A stretch of 60,000 bases of DNA from Vicugna vicugna (taxonomy: Eukaryota): positions 285,038-345,037 of the forward strand of contig MU058233.1 in assembly GCA_013265495.1 (NCBI GenBank). The letters are read 5' to 3'. The first letter of the stretch is position 1, and the number at the start of each line of letters is the position of its first letter. The notes beneath the pieces were generated by a model. That model searched no databases and had not been told where the DNA came from. It saw nothing but the letters and a program-made list of their open reading frames with translations. Shown one piece after another: positions 1 to 10,960 of the stretch. The translations under genes were made by a program, and so were the position numbers.

Positions 1-74
1 CTCCCGTGCCGTGGAGTTGGGAGCGCCCTTCAGGAACCCCGAGCAGGGCCCCCGCCCGCCGTCCGGGCACTCAC

Positions 75-191
75 AGCTGAATCTTCCCCTGCTCAAACTG
101 CTTCAAGATCATCTTCCTCTGACCAGGCCCGTAGCGAGAGGAGAACTCGGCCACAGCCACTCCCCCGAAAGCCTGGACGAGCAGGAACAGC
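75..191 (-). CDS. DDX51: DDX51 exon 11
   Basis: LFLLVQAFGGVAVAEFSSRYGPGQRKMILKQFEQGKIQL. Confidence 0.94.
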
Positions 192-3100
192 CTGGGCGGG
201 AGGAGCCAGAGCCGGGTGGGCGAGGCCATCGCCACCTCTGCCTCGGCTCCTGCCCCGCCCTGCGCAGCCAGGCCTCACCTGTGGGCGTTCTCGCGGGAGT
301 TGGTGAAACAGAGGACCCTTGAGAACTTCATTTCCAGGATCAGGTGCAGGACGACCAGTGGCTTGGAGCGGAGGCTGCAGGGCACGTAGTGATGCTGTGG
401 GGGACGGCGCGGGGTTGGCCAGGGCCCGGGTGCCGAGATGTGCCCCCTCCCCAGCCCCCCGTGCCCTGCTCACCGCGAGCCCCGCAGGGAAGAGGTACTT
501 CCCACCCAAGTCCCCATCCACGTCCACGTCAGGGGCTCCAAGGCCCCTGCGCACCGCCCCCGTGGAGAAGAGCCGGGGCTGGAAGAGGCCGAGCTGCTGC
601 AGCTTTTCAGGGTTCTGGGTCAGGGTGGCCGAGAAGAGCAGTTTCTGCAGTGGCGTCTGGGGACAGCAGATGCTGAAAGAGAGGGGGTGCTGGGGAAGCA
701 GCCCAGCCAGCCCACCCAGTGTGTGTGGGGGGTGTCTCAAAGACGGGGGCAGTGGGAGGGACCTGGGCCCGGGGCTGCTCTCCTGGGTGCGAAGCGTGGC
801 ACAGGGCCAGGTACCTGGCTGCGGTCACAGCCTGGGGCTGCGTTCTCTGCAGCAGAGCAGAGGGGCCCCTGGTGCCCCCGCTGGGGAAGGCCGCCGCCAC
901 CACCCGTGGCAGCCAGGACTGGTGCATGCTATCGATCATCCGGTCAGCCTCGTCGATGACCTGCAGGAGACAGGGGACCGAGGTCAGCCTCGGCTCGGGG
1001 CCCGGGCCTCCCTCCCGGCGGGTGACCTACCAGGAAGCGGAGGTGCTGGAGGCTGAATCCCGGGGTTTGGTCGATGTGGTCCACCAGGCGGCCGGGTGTG
1101 GCCACCACGATGTCGGCCAGGCAGCGGAAGCCGTCAGCTCTGTGGAACAGAGAGTGGCTCGGCGGGGCCCCTGCCCTGCGCCCTGCTCCCCACCCCCAGG
1201 GCCAGATGGCCACACTGGCTGCACAGAGTGGGCCACCTCCCAGGAGAGCCCACAGCCCAGCAGGACGTACGTCTTCTGTACCAGGCTCTCCTGCTCCTTG
1301 GCCAGCGACTTCTGCCCGGTGACCAGGGCGACCCGCAGGGAGGTGGCGTCTGTGTAGACGTTGAACACTTTGCTCACCTGGAGGAGAGCAGCCGTCAGCA
1401 GCATGACCGGGGACCCCGCTGCAGCGAGAGCAACCTGGGGCTGACTGCCAGGCGTGGGGCCCACGTACCTGCTGGGCCAGCTCCTTGGTTGGCAGCACGG
1501 CCAGGGCGCGGACCCGGCACACGGCTCGGGGCAGCAGGGCCTGTGGGGGTGAGACAGCCGTGTGAGCAGCAGCAGCTCTGTGCCTGCCAGACCCGCCTGG
1601 CCGGTGAGGGGCCCTCACACTCACCTGCACCACAGGGATGACAAAGGCCAGGGTCTTCCCGCTGCCCGTAGGGGCGGAAACACAGAGGTCACTGGGCCGG
1701 TAGCCGCCTCTGCTCACCAGGAACCCGCCGGCTGCGCTCTCCAGGAGCGCGGGGATCACCGCTGCCTGGACTGGATGGAGAGGGTGAGGGGCAAGTCACG
1801 TCTGTGCAGATGCCCGGGGCTCACGAGCACAGATATTGGGCTGCCAGCGGCCTCTCTTGGCTCTGGGACTCCAGGCTGGGCGGCTCTTGCTTGAGGCCCC
1901 AGAGCCTCCAGGGCCATCGAGAGGCCCGAGACGCCGACACCGAGCACAGGGGCGGCCTGCCTCTAGAACGAGCCTCCCCTCCCCCGCCCGCCCCTCCCCC
2001 TGCCCAGGCAGGGCACCTGGAAAGTAGGATGAGATGCCCTGTGCCCGCAGCTTCTTCTGCAGGTCCGGGTGCACTTCAGGGATGTCCTCGATAGGCACCA
2101 GGCCTTCCATGACGTTCTTTCCAACGCAGCTCGGTTCAGCCAGCCACACCGGCAGGAACGGCTGGACCTGTCACAGAGGGCGGGAGAAGGAGGCCGGGTG
2201 AGGAGCCCCGAACCCGCCTGTCCAAGCCCTGCACACACTCAGGCTGAAGAGGCCGCAAGGAGGAGATCCCACAAGCCTCTACCTTCTCCTGGCTTCTCCT
2301 CAGCACCCCACGAGGCACGCTCCACTTGGCCTTACAGGAGTCGAGAAATACACACCAAAAGGCGCCACTCCCGAAGCCAAACGCCCAGAGACTTGCCGCT
2401 GTGCCAGCTGGGCCTGCGACCCCAACTTCCAGCCCCTGGGCGCCTGCTTGCTCCTCTTTGGAAGATGAGGTGCCCCCTCTCCTGACGGTGTGACCCGAGC
2501 ACCGTTAGCCCCGGAAACGGCCAGCCCCGCCGCAGGCTGCCTTGTCTCAGCTCCATCCCGCTGGGGCCGTAAGCCCACCCCCACCCTCCTCCCATACACC
2601 AGAGCCCCTCACCTCACTCTCAGCCCATCAGAAATCTGCTCCCCCGCTCCTTTGTGTTCACAGCCCCTTCCCCAGTAACAGACGCTGCACGCTCACCCCC
2701 GAGCTCACACAGGCACCTCTTGTCTGTGTGGCCCGCTGTTGCCAGCAGCAGCGTATCTGTTACACTTTCCTTTTGTCTTTGGTAAATCCTTTTACTGCCG
2801 GCGACACTGGCCCACCGTGTCCACCAAACATTTAGCAGCCCGTATGGGGAACCCCCAAAACATGGGGGACTCCAAAGGTACACGGAGCCTAGGGGCAGAT
2901 CTCTCTCCCCCACTTCATACTGCGGCCTCTCCCCTGAGCAGGAGGCCAGACGGCCGGGGCGGGCTTCCCTGCCCGCCTCTGCTCTGCTCTCTCTCACTTC
3001 CCCTCCCGCTGCTCCCTAGTGTTGGGGACTTCTCCCAAGTCCTGCCGAGAACTGAGGACCTCCGGCTGGGCTGCTCTCAGCGGGCTCTGAAACGCGGTCT

Positions 3101-6100
3101 GATGGACGGGGGTGACCCCTGCCCCGACCTCAGGAACGCACACAGGAAGCACCTTCCTTCTCTACCTCCTCCACCCGCTTAGCTCTTGGCTACTACACAG
3201 CCCGTCCCTGGGCCAGAGGGGGCTCTGCATCTCCCCGGGGAAGGCACACATGAGGACTGGTCGTCCAGTGCCTTGAGTCACCCAGGACCCTGTCTCCTGG
3301 TCGGCCCCAGACACGTGAGAGGGAAAGGCGGGTCCAGCGGGTAAAAGCCCTTCTCCCCACAATCAGTGCACTCCCATACGGACTTTCCTGCTCCCGCTCT
3401 GCGGTCTCCGAGCCCAAGAGCCAGATGCTGTCCTCCTGCGTCTCCTCCCACAACGCCTCTGCAACCACGACGCGTCAGAGACGTCAGCTGAGTCTCCTGT
3501 CTCCAATCCCTGCCCAGGCAGAAGCCCCCAGTGGGCGAGGTGCGGCCTTTCCCTCTTTCTAAGCTGCTCAGCCCTCGCGCTGGTCTGGCCTTGGCACTGA
3601 CCCCTTGGCGCTAGTGGGATGGCTCCCTGAGCCCCCGCGCTGGTCTGTTTCTCAGCCTCTCCGCTGGTGGCCTTGGCACCGGCTTTGGCCCACGTGCCAG
3701 CTGGCTTCCCTTCCCTGGGGGACACCCAAAGTAAAAGGACGCCGGAGGTTTGGCCTCTCTTTCTGGGGCAGATGCCCCAGAACAGCCTGCTGGCTCCCTC
3801 TCTGCTACCTCCCTTAACTGCCACGGGAGGCGCTGCTTCTGTTCCCTGGGACTCACTGCTGGGTGCATTTTGAAACACTGGAGTAAGTCTGACTCCCAGA
3901 CATTGGGAAAAAAAAAGCAGCTTGTCTTTTTCTGTAATGTCACCTGACCCCAGTACCAACTTCCAGATCAGGAGACCCGGCCCCTTCGGGGACCCTGAAG
4001 TCTAACACTCTTCTCCAGCTTGATTTTCTGTCGCCAACTGGGCAAACGGTCTGAGGTCCCCTATGTCCAGGCTTCTACAGTTCTCTCCCCAAATTCGGAC
4101 CTTCGTGAAAACTACCGTATGTGTCTCTCCCGATTCTTGCAGACCCCGCCACACTCCAGTCCCCGTGTGCCCGATGATCAGCCAGACATTCTGGCTGACC
4201 CCTCCTCTCTCGGGTTCCTAACGACAACCAGACGCCTTCTCTACAGCCTTCACTGCCCACTCCGCCTCCGACCGCCCCAGCTCTGGGACTCCTTCGTCCT
4301 CTGCCTCTCCCCCGCCCCCTCTCCCCTTGGGCCCCTCGACGGCTGAGTACCGCTCCTGGTCCCCGCTCTGTATCAGGGCCCCTTCTCCCCACCACACGCC
4401 GGACCAGGTGTTATTTACAACACAGCAGGACCGGCACCCCCAGTTAAGATGGATGTTCCAGAAGTCCCAGAACAAGACAGCACGCTGCCCCCTCGTGAGG
4501 TCACTGATGGGGAAGTGGGTGCCGTTCGGGGCCATGGGCCTTCTCTGTGTCAGGACCCTCACAGACACAGGCCAGGCTAGGCTCTTTCAGCCAGAACGCG
4601 TCTCGCTTCATACAGGAGTTCCAGGTCCTCACCGCCTTTGACTTGAGCCGGCAGGACGTACTTGTTTTCACCACCTGTTGTACTAGTGGAGAAAAAGCCG
4701 CATCTGGTCCTCGGTCAGCGCTGGGCTGACGAGGTCCACGCTCGAGCTGCCCAAAATGCCAAGCCTGGGAAGGAAGCAGATCTCCACTGGACGTACAAGA
4801 AAGGGGCCCCGGGAGCGAACGGCGCAACCACGTGATTGCCTCCTTGCTGGAAGGGATGAAAAAGGCTGTGGTGAGACCTGTTAATTATACTGAACTGAGA
4901 GTGATCTTTCAGACACCTGATGGAAGTCCAGCCCTCCTCCATTCCAGGCTGGCGGAAGCCACGTGGAAGTGCCCCAGTCGCAGCCCTGACAGCCCAGGGG
5001 GCCCCGCGACACGAGCAGCTCATTTCAGCCGCCCGGCGTCCCCACACACCAGACAACAGCTTCAGGAGCTTGACCACGGCCCACAGACGCCCCTCCTGTC
5101 CTGTCAGGTGCGGCTTCCAGGTCTTTACCGACCGGGCAGAGACACCGAGGGGGAACGGGAAACGGGAGGGACAAGCAGCAGACTGAACACCAGGCCTCCA
5201 GGACTGCCAACGCCCCGCAGGCACCCACTCAACCGGCCGCAAGCACAAGCGTCTGTCCGCAGGGAGCCCCGCCCTGGACAAGACCGTCTCTCTCCCTTGT
5301 CAACAGGCTGGGCATCCCAGTCCACACTGCGGGGAGGCCCCTCCAGGCCTTGCCCTGTATGCAAGGAAAAGGGTCACCGGAGGCCGGACTGCCCCTCTCT
5401 CCTGGCGCGGGATTGGGAGGGCCACCCCAGAGCCAAGGAGCCCTGTCAAGGCCGAGGCCCGTGCCCCAGGGCGCGCCTGCGGCTGGAGCCACAGAGGCCA
5501 GCAGGCCCCCCAACTCCGTTCCTCGACTTTGAGGAGCCGGGCAAGTACCGAGGGGGGGGAGTGGCCCTCCCCCGGCCCACGGGGCCCAGAGGCTGTGGCA
5601 GGAAAGTCAGTCACATTTCTAGCTGACTCGAAAGACACTTACACCACCAGAACTTCACGTTTTCCTAGACCGAGCTGCCGGTCCTGGGTCCTCCTTCCTG
5701 GCACAGACAGCCATCCCCAGACTGGCCGATCAACCCCACAGTTACCCAGGACTCCAGAAAACTGATTTTCACTCCCACGCTCCTTGTCCTCCCGAACGCC
5801 CCACAACACTAGAGACCAAGCCTCGCGCCCACCCCCACTTCCCAGAGTCAGCCCCTCGGCAGCTCAGCCCTCAGCCCTAAAACACACAATCTGCTAAGGC
5901 CAGCAAGCACCTCAGAGGCCAGCGACAAGAGCCAGACCTGGCTAAGCCGGTGCAAGTCCAGATGAAAGAACCTAACTTTCCCTCAGGAATCTGAGTAACC
6001 CCTTTCCCCTCAGAAATCTCAGTAACCCCTTTCCCCTGAGGAATCTCAGTGACCCCTTTCCCCTCAGGAATCTCAGTAACACTTTCCCCTCAGGAATCTC

Positions 6101-9100
6101 AGTAACCATTTCCCCTCCATATACTCAATAGCGTTTGAAGCCTGCGGCCTGGAGGGGCCTCCGGTACCTGTTTCTTGCATTCTTGTCACTGCCATGCAAC
6201 ACTTGATCCCACCCGTATAAAAGGCGGATGGGACGTATGGGTGGCTGAGCTCACGGCCTCCGTGAGGCTGTGGTCTCCACACACCCACTGGGCAAATCCC
6301 TGACAGTCTGGGCAGAGTCCCGCTCAACCCTCTGGTACTGTGTGAGACCTTAAGGAGGCCTTCCTCTGCATCCTGGACACCCTCCCTCCCAGTTTCCTTT
6401 TGCTCTTGAAGCAAGATTTACAAACTGAAGTGTCCCAACCGTCAACCTGGACAGTCCCGTCCCAGGGGGTCAGAGACAGCCCCCATTTATCCGGACGAGC
6501 TCTAGCAAAGGATCTCTCTGCTTCGGTTTTCCCCGGCAGGGCCTTACCTCTGTATTTAGCAGACTTGCCAACGTGTAGCCTTGATAGAGAGTCTTCTGAC
6601 TCAAGCACCATAATGGCACTACAAAAACCGGCCTCACGTGGGGATAAAGTCTCTCCCTCTGAGGCCCAAACATGCACTCACAGGGCACAATTCCTGGGCC
6701 TCACAGTAACCCCAGGAACAACGGGTTTGCCAGTCCAGAGAAACAGACTACTCTAGACACGGGGACCCCAGAGCTTTCCTGGGAATGGCAGGGTTTTGTA
6801 GGGCCTGGACACCCCGGTTTGGCCTCATAGCAAAGCTGCTCCACGCAGCTCTACAGGGACCAGAAAAGGAGCCCTGAGATGGACCAGGCACTGCAAACCC
6901 TCTAACAGGCCCCCACAGCGCCCCAGCTTTAGCTCTGCCTAATCTACAAAACCCTTTCTCCTGTTCGTGCATGGAACGCGGGGTTGCCCTGGAAGTCCTT
7001 CCACAGGACCCACCAGGCGGCCTGGAGCATCTCTCTCTAAAAATCTGGATCCTGTGGCCCAAGGAGGGCCCCGTGCCTCAGACCTCTAGCTTCTGTAGTT
7101 GAAGAGGTTTCGAAATTAACTCTGGGGCAAAATTAACTGCCTACCCGCCCCATCAAGTAATGGGCATTCTAAATTCAAAGCCTTTTCACTGGGTCTCTGA
7201 CAGTCAGATCACCAAATAGCGAACGTTCCTCTTAAAAACTCCTGAACTCATGATTAAACAGTGTCAAACCCTCAGCGCAGCCCCTTCACTTCCTGACCCA
7301 GAGGCAGACTCCTCTACTGAACACTCATGCCTTCAGATACTAGATCTGACTTGTGCTGCTAGACCAGACTTACAAGGTAAGCCGCTCGAGGACCCAGATG
7401 ACACCTGGCTTCCTGGTGCTGGGAGTGTTATGTTAAATGGGGCTCGACTGTCCGGTTACACCTCTGTGAGCCTTGCCAGTGCTACAGAATCAGGGCCTCC
7501 TCCCGGAGGCCCCTCTTCTGCTCAGAAGGCTGAACGCACAGCTCTCACCCGAGCTGTGCAACCAGGGGCAGGAGTGAGGTTAAACGCTGACACTGACTCA
7601 TCATGCGCCTTCCGTGTTGTTCACACACATGCCGCCATCTGGTGAGAAAGGGGTCTTCTCACAGCACAAAACACACCCACCAGACATGCTTCGGAAATCT
7701 CAGACTTGCTGGAAGCTGTAAATTATGCTTCCTACACATGGCAGTGATTCCGTCAAGCGCATCAAAGGGTAACGTGAGATTTCCCGAGAAAAATCACAAA
7801 GCAAACAGGCCAGAGAAGCGGCAAAACTTCCCACTCAGGCAGCTTTACTTCCAACCCGCATGCCGGCGACCCCTCAGCACACTGAGGGAAAATGCAGGAG
7901 GCAACAAACACGGGACTCACTTTCACTCCTGAAGATGGCTTAAAAGCCCTGAGGGTAATGGTGACTCCCAAGAGCCTGAGCACAGAAAGCGCCACAGAAC
8001 CTCCACGAGTCCGCCCCTTTGGGGGCAAAGGCCCTACAGGACTTAACGCAGCCTCCGTTCGCGGGAAAGGGGACTTCTCAGACCCTGCGTGACACCTCCC
8101 ACGCACGCCCAGTTCGTCGCCGGGTTAATAGCGAGGGACACGTTAGGCCACCGCCTCTCCTTCACCCAGTTCAGAGCAGAACCTCAGCCACCAGGACAGG
8201 ACTGGCAGATAAAGCTCACCCACGCGCCCCCATGTAGACCTGAATTACCTCCCGGCGTTTATGGACGCTGCCACAGGACGGACTGAAGCTTTCCCCACGA
8301 AAACAGACAGGACACCAGAAGTAGCTGCTGCTTTGCTGGCTCATGGTTAGTCCGTTACGGCCCACCCTGCTCCTTAACAACCAGACAACGGCCCAGGTTT
8401 TGTTCCTCAAATAACCCAAGGACTGGCAGAAGCCCTGCAAGTCAAACATCGTTCACATGCTATGCGGCACCCCCAGTCCTCTGGCAAAGTAGAGAGCGCC
8501 AACCAAACAGTAAAAAGAATAAAATAAAAAAGAATCCTAACAAAACTTACACAAGAAGCCCAGCAGTCCTGGTCCACCCTCCTCCCTACTGCCTTGCTAC
8601 GAACACGAATTACTCCAAAAGCAGCAGCTCACTAAGTCTCCAGGCTCCCCCGTGGCAGGCCCTTCCTCCAGACAGATTCACTAGCGGCTTCTGAGAGGCA
8701 CCACCTGGCCCAACACGCGGTGACTTCAGATCAGACTGCAGAGGCCCTGCTGAGTATCATGATCATGCGAGTCCAAAGCCTGACCCTGATTTTCAGGAAA
8801 TTCCCATCCAAACCTTGTCCCCAGGGACTGGGTTTATCTCAAATTCTTCCACAGGACAAACAGCCGCTTCAGCCTGTCTGGACGCGACCTCATCCGGTGC
8901 TTCTGACCGTTCCCACGGCAGTGAGGCTAGATGGGCTTACTCCTTGGACATACCTGTCCCACGTAAAGGCTGCCGCCCCGCAGCCCTTGAAAGTGGATAA
9001 GTTGCTGACAAATACCTCGTACAGCTGTGAACCCCTAGAGGCGCTCCATCTACTGCGCAAATCAGGTGCTAGTCCCAATCCCTAGCTCAGTGAGTGCCAC

Positions 9101-10960
9101 CTGCTGGGCTACTCCAGAAGCGTTGGATTTGAGGCCAGCTCCCGTGTGGTGTCCACATCTGCTGGCTTGCCATGGTCAGCTTCACCCCTACAAGGATCTG
9201 ATCGGAAAGAGTCTTCCACGTTTACTCGTCAACTAATATTTAACATGAATGAAGATGTAACTTGTTATGACCCTTTAAAACGCCACCCTTTGAGGGCACC
9301 TATGTGAAATCACTAACTATGACCCGTCAAAGTGGCCCACAGGAAACACCGCTGATCTGCCGTAGCTCAGGCTGACTTGTCTCAGCCCACGTTTCCTCCA
9401 CATCGGAGTCATAAAGCCCACCAACCTGCCATACACCAAAGCCCCTCACCTCATTTACGGCCAATCAAAAATCTGTTCCCCTGTCCCTTTGTGTTCACAG
9501 CCCCTTCCCCAATAAAAGACCCCGCACGTTCACCCCACTGCTCACACAGGCACCATCTGTGTGGCCCACTGCTGCCTGCAGCAGCCTATTTATTAAACTT
9601 TTCCTTTGTTTCTTAAACCTTCCTTTCTCTGTGGTAAATTCTTTTACTGCCCGTGACACTGGCCTGCTTTGTCCCTCAACACTTACCTTCACCCCTACAA
9701 CATCCACCCTCCGAGCCCCACCTGCAAGGCCCTCCGTGACCCAGTGCTCTCCTGCCTGCACCTTTGTTTCCTACTGCTGGCTGTGTCCCAGGCATGTGAA
9801 CCCCCGTTTTTCTCACACACAAAGCTCCTTGCTACCTCGGGGCCTTTGCCCCAGCCCTGCCCTCTGCTTGGCACACACTGCCCTGCCACCCCCCAACCTT
9901 AACTAGGCTGATCCCTGTCTTCTAATCCCAACCCAAAGTGGACCTCCCAAGTCTGTCAAATCTCTTGTGCTTCCTAGTGACCATCACCCTCCAAACACCC
10001 TTTAGCTCGTGTATTTACTGAAATCTCTTACGCTAAGATAAACTTGCGCAGCTGGCCCAGAAACCTGGTAGACTCTCCCATTTTGCCTGCTAGGTTGGTG
10101 AGCACAGTGGAAGCTCCTTAAATGTGCACCCCGAGTAAGCGAAGCTGTTTAGAGAGATCTCTGTGACAGCAGCACGGAAGCCGATTTCATATACCGCTTT
10201 AGAAAAAAAAAAACCACAGAACTCTTACAATTGAAGTTCACACAGCATTCAGACCACTAGCAGACACTGCAGGAAAGGCAGCTGAGATGTCCCCCGATAC
10301 CCTGCTAAGGTACTCACTGGACACACACCACCGCCCTCCAAGCTACCGCAGTAATAGGAGCGGCAGTAAGGACAGCCACCCTGGCCCTGCAGCCTTCCAC
10401 TCACCCCGGCCGCTCACCTTTGGCGCCCTGCTCCTCCCGAAGCCCCCGAGCACCAGGGCCTGGGCTGGGGGCCCAGGGGCCTCTTCGGGGAGCGGGCCGC
10501 CTGGGCCCTCCGGCGGCCGTGCCGCGTCCGCGCCCACGCTGCTCTCCTCCGGCGCCTCCTCGCCGCTCTCTGCGAGGCAGAAGCGGGGCCGGGGCCGCGC
10601 GTCAGCCGCACGTGGACCCGAGCCCCAGGGCCGCGGCCCCGCCCGGCTCCGCGCCGCCTCACCTGCGCCCGCGTCCTCGCCGTCCGCTCTCCGCCGCTTG
10701 CCGCTCGGCTCGCCCGGGCTCGCCGGCGCCCCACCGCCCTCGCGCCTCCGCGTCCTGCGCGGCCGCCGCCGCCGCTTCCCCGCCGCCTGTGCGGGCTCCG
10801 CGGACCCCGCGGGCTCCTGCTGCAGCGGCTGCCTCTGCCGCTCCCGCTCTCGAGCCCGGCACTGCAGCCGCTGCAGCAGCGCGCGAGCCCGGCCGTCCGC
10901 GTCGGCCTCCGCCCCGGCCGCCTCAGGGCCGGCGTACCGCGCGACGTGGAAGAGCGCCAT
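75..10960 (-). CDS. DDX51: DEAD-box RNA helicase DDX51 (Dbp6 orthologue), coding exons 1-11; gene continues beyond the left edge
   Basis: Exons 10960-10663, 10569-10418, 2167-2017, 1770-1625, 1540-1469, 1377-1271, 1139-1031, 960-815, 672-474, 394-279, 191-75. All introns GT-AG with consistent phases. Protein starts MALFHVARY and has the Q-motif (SYFPVQ), APTGSGKT, PTKELAQQ, TPGRL, DEAD and SAT. Head-to-head with NOC4L. Confidence 0.97.
279..394 (-). CDS. DDX51: DDX51 exon 10
   Basis: HHYVPCSLRSKPLVVLHLILEMKFSRVLCFTNSRENAHR. Confidence 0.95.
474..672 (-). CDS. DDX51: DDX51 exon 9 (motif III)
   Basis: ICCPQTPLQKLLFSATLTQNPEKLQQLGL...GKYLFPAGLA. Confidence 0.95.
815..960 (-). CDS. DDX51: DDX51 exon 8 (DEAD box)
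   Basis: VIDEADRMIDSMHQSWLPRVVAAAF... Confidence 0.95.
1031..1139 (-). CDS. DDX51: DDX51 exon 7 (motif Ib)
   Basis: ADGFRCLADIVVATPGRLVDHIDQTPGFSLQHLRFL. Confidence 0.95.
1271..1377 (-). CDS. DDX51: DDX51 exon 6
   Basis: VSKVFNVYTDATSLRVALVTGQKSLAKEQESLVQKT. Confidence 0.95.
1469..1540 (-). CDS. DDX51: DDX51 exon 5 (motif Ia)
   Basis: ALLPRAVCRVRALAVLPTKELAQQ. Confidence 0.95.
1625..1770 (-). CDS. DDX51: DDX51 exon 4 (Walker A)
   Basis: VQAAVIP...APTGSGKTLAFVIPVVQ. Confidence 0.96.
2017..2167 (-). CDS. DDX51: DDX51 exon 3
   Basis: VQPFLPVWLAEP...LRAQGISSYFP; AG/GT boundaries. Confidence 0.95.
2336..2830 (+). mobile_element. 5' LTR of the provirus
   Basis: 2591-2717 aligns ungapped with 9428-9554 (20 mismatches in 127 by hand). 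Ends ...AAACA directly before the PBS. 5' start approximate. Confidence 0.82.
2833..2850 (+). other. Primer binding site resembling tRNA-Ile(AAT)
   Basis: TAGCAGCCCGTATGGGGA versus the tRNA-Ile 3'-end complement TGGTGGCCCGTACGGGGA (14/18, tRNA sequence from memory), 2 nt after the LTR end. Confidence 0.65.
3810..5500 (+). pseudogene. gag: ERV gag, frameshifted (MA, CA, NC)
   Basis: GCILKHWSKSDSQTLGKKKQLVFFCNVT; IFCRQLGKRSEVPYVQA; MHR-like QTPDGSPALLHSRLAEA; CCHC knuckle CPVCKEKGHRRPDC. Confidence 0.85.
5560..9060 (+). pseudogene. pol: ERV pro-pol (protease, RT, RNase H, integrase), heavily disrupted
   Basis: VAGKSVTFLADSKDTY (protease); TWTVPSQGVRDSPHLSGRALAKDL and YLADL (decayed YxDD); SSAQKAERTALTRA and DTDSSCAFRVVHTHAAIW (RNase H); PGQDWQIKLTH, HPQSSGKVESANQTVK and PVWTRPHPVLLTVPTAVRLDG (integrase). 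Confidence 0.88.
5977..6116. repeat. Minisatellite with 27-bp unit (TTTCCCCTCAGGAATCTCAGTAACCCC), about 5 copies, inside ERV RT
   Basis: Tandem units read directly. Confidence 0.92.
9085..9290 (+). pseudogene. env: Short env SU N-terminal remnant; rest of env deleted
   Basis: Decayed WI*GQLP...STSAGLPWSASPLQGSDR resembles the CWxCGxLP...LPWWxSPLQGxDW SU motif of PABL/HERV-R(b)-like envs (recalled, not searched). Confidence 0.55.
9320..9681 (+). mobile_element. 3' LTR of the provirus (5' part possibly deleted)
   Basis: Homologous to the 5' LTR; CCAAT at 9461, TATA-like AATAAAAG at 9511, poly(A)-signal-like ATTAAA at 9592, ends TCAACA. Confidence 0.85.
10418..10569 (-). CDS. DDX51: DDX51 exon 2
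   Basis: ESGEEAP...LVLGGFGRSRAPK; acceptor ctcgcag, donor AAG|GTGAGC; restores phase 0. Confidence 0.88.
10663..10960 (-). CDS. DDX51: DDX51 coding exon 1
   Basis: ATG at 10960, MALFHVARY...GEDAGA, donor CAG|GTGAG. Confidence 0.93.

Larger units (their letters stand above)
2336..9681 (+). mobile_element. Degenerate class-I (ERV1/gamma-like) provirus, LTR-PBS-gag-pro-pol-truncated env-LTR, inside DDX51 intron 2 and antisense to DDX51
   Basis: Two homologous LTRs, a PBS, and decayed gag, RT, RNase H, integrase and env motifs in the expected order. Left boundary uncertain (candidate TSD CTTAC at 2331-2335 and 9682-9686). Confidence 0.92.

Noticed and set aside
4832..5626. 264-aa gag ORF as a possibly domesticated gene
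   Set aside because: Flanking gag is frameshifted, the start is GTG and conserved residues are decayed; nothing indicates preservation.
5977..6116. CRISPR-like repeats next to a reverse transcriptase
   Set aside because: No unique spacers, mammalian context, and the RT is a dead retroviral pol.
9085..9290. env remnant as a syncytin-like gene
   Set aside because: Only about 200 bp, with stops and frameshifts; no TM or immunosuppressive domain.
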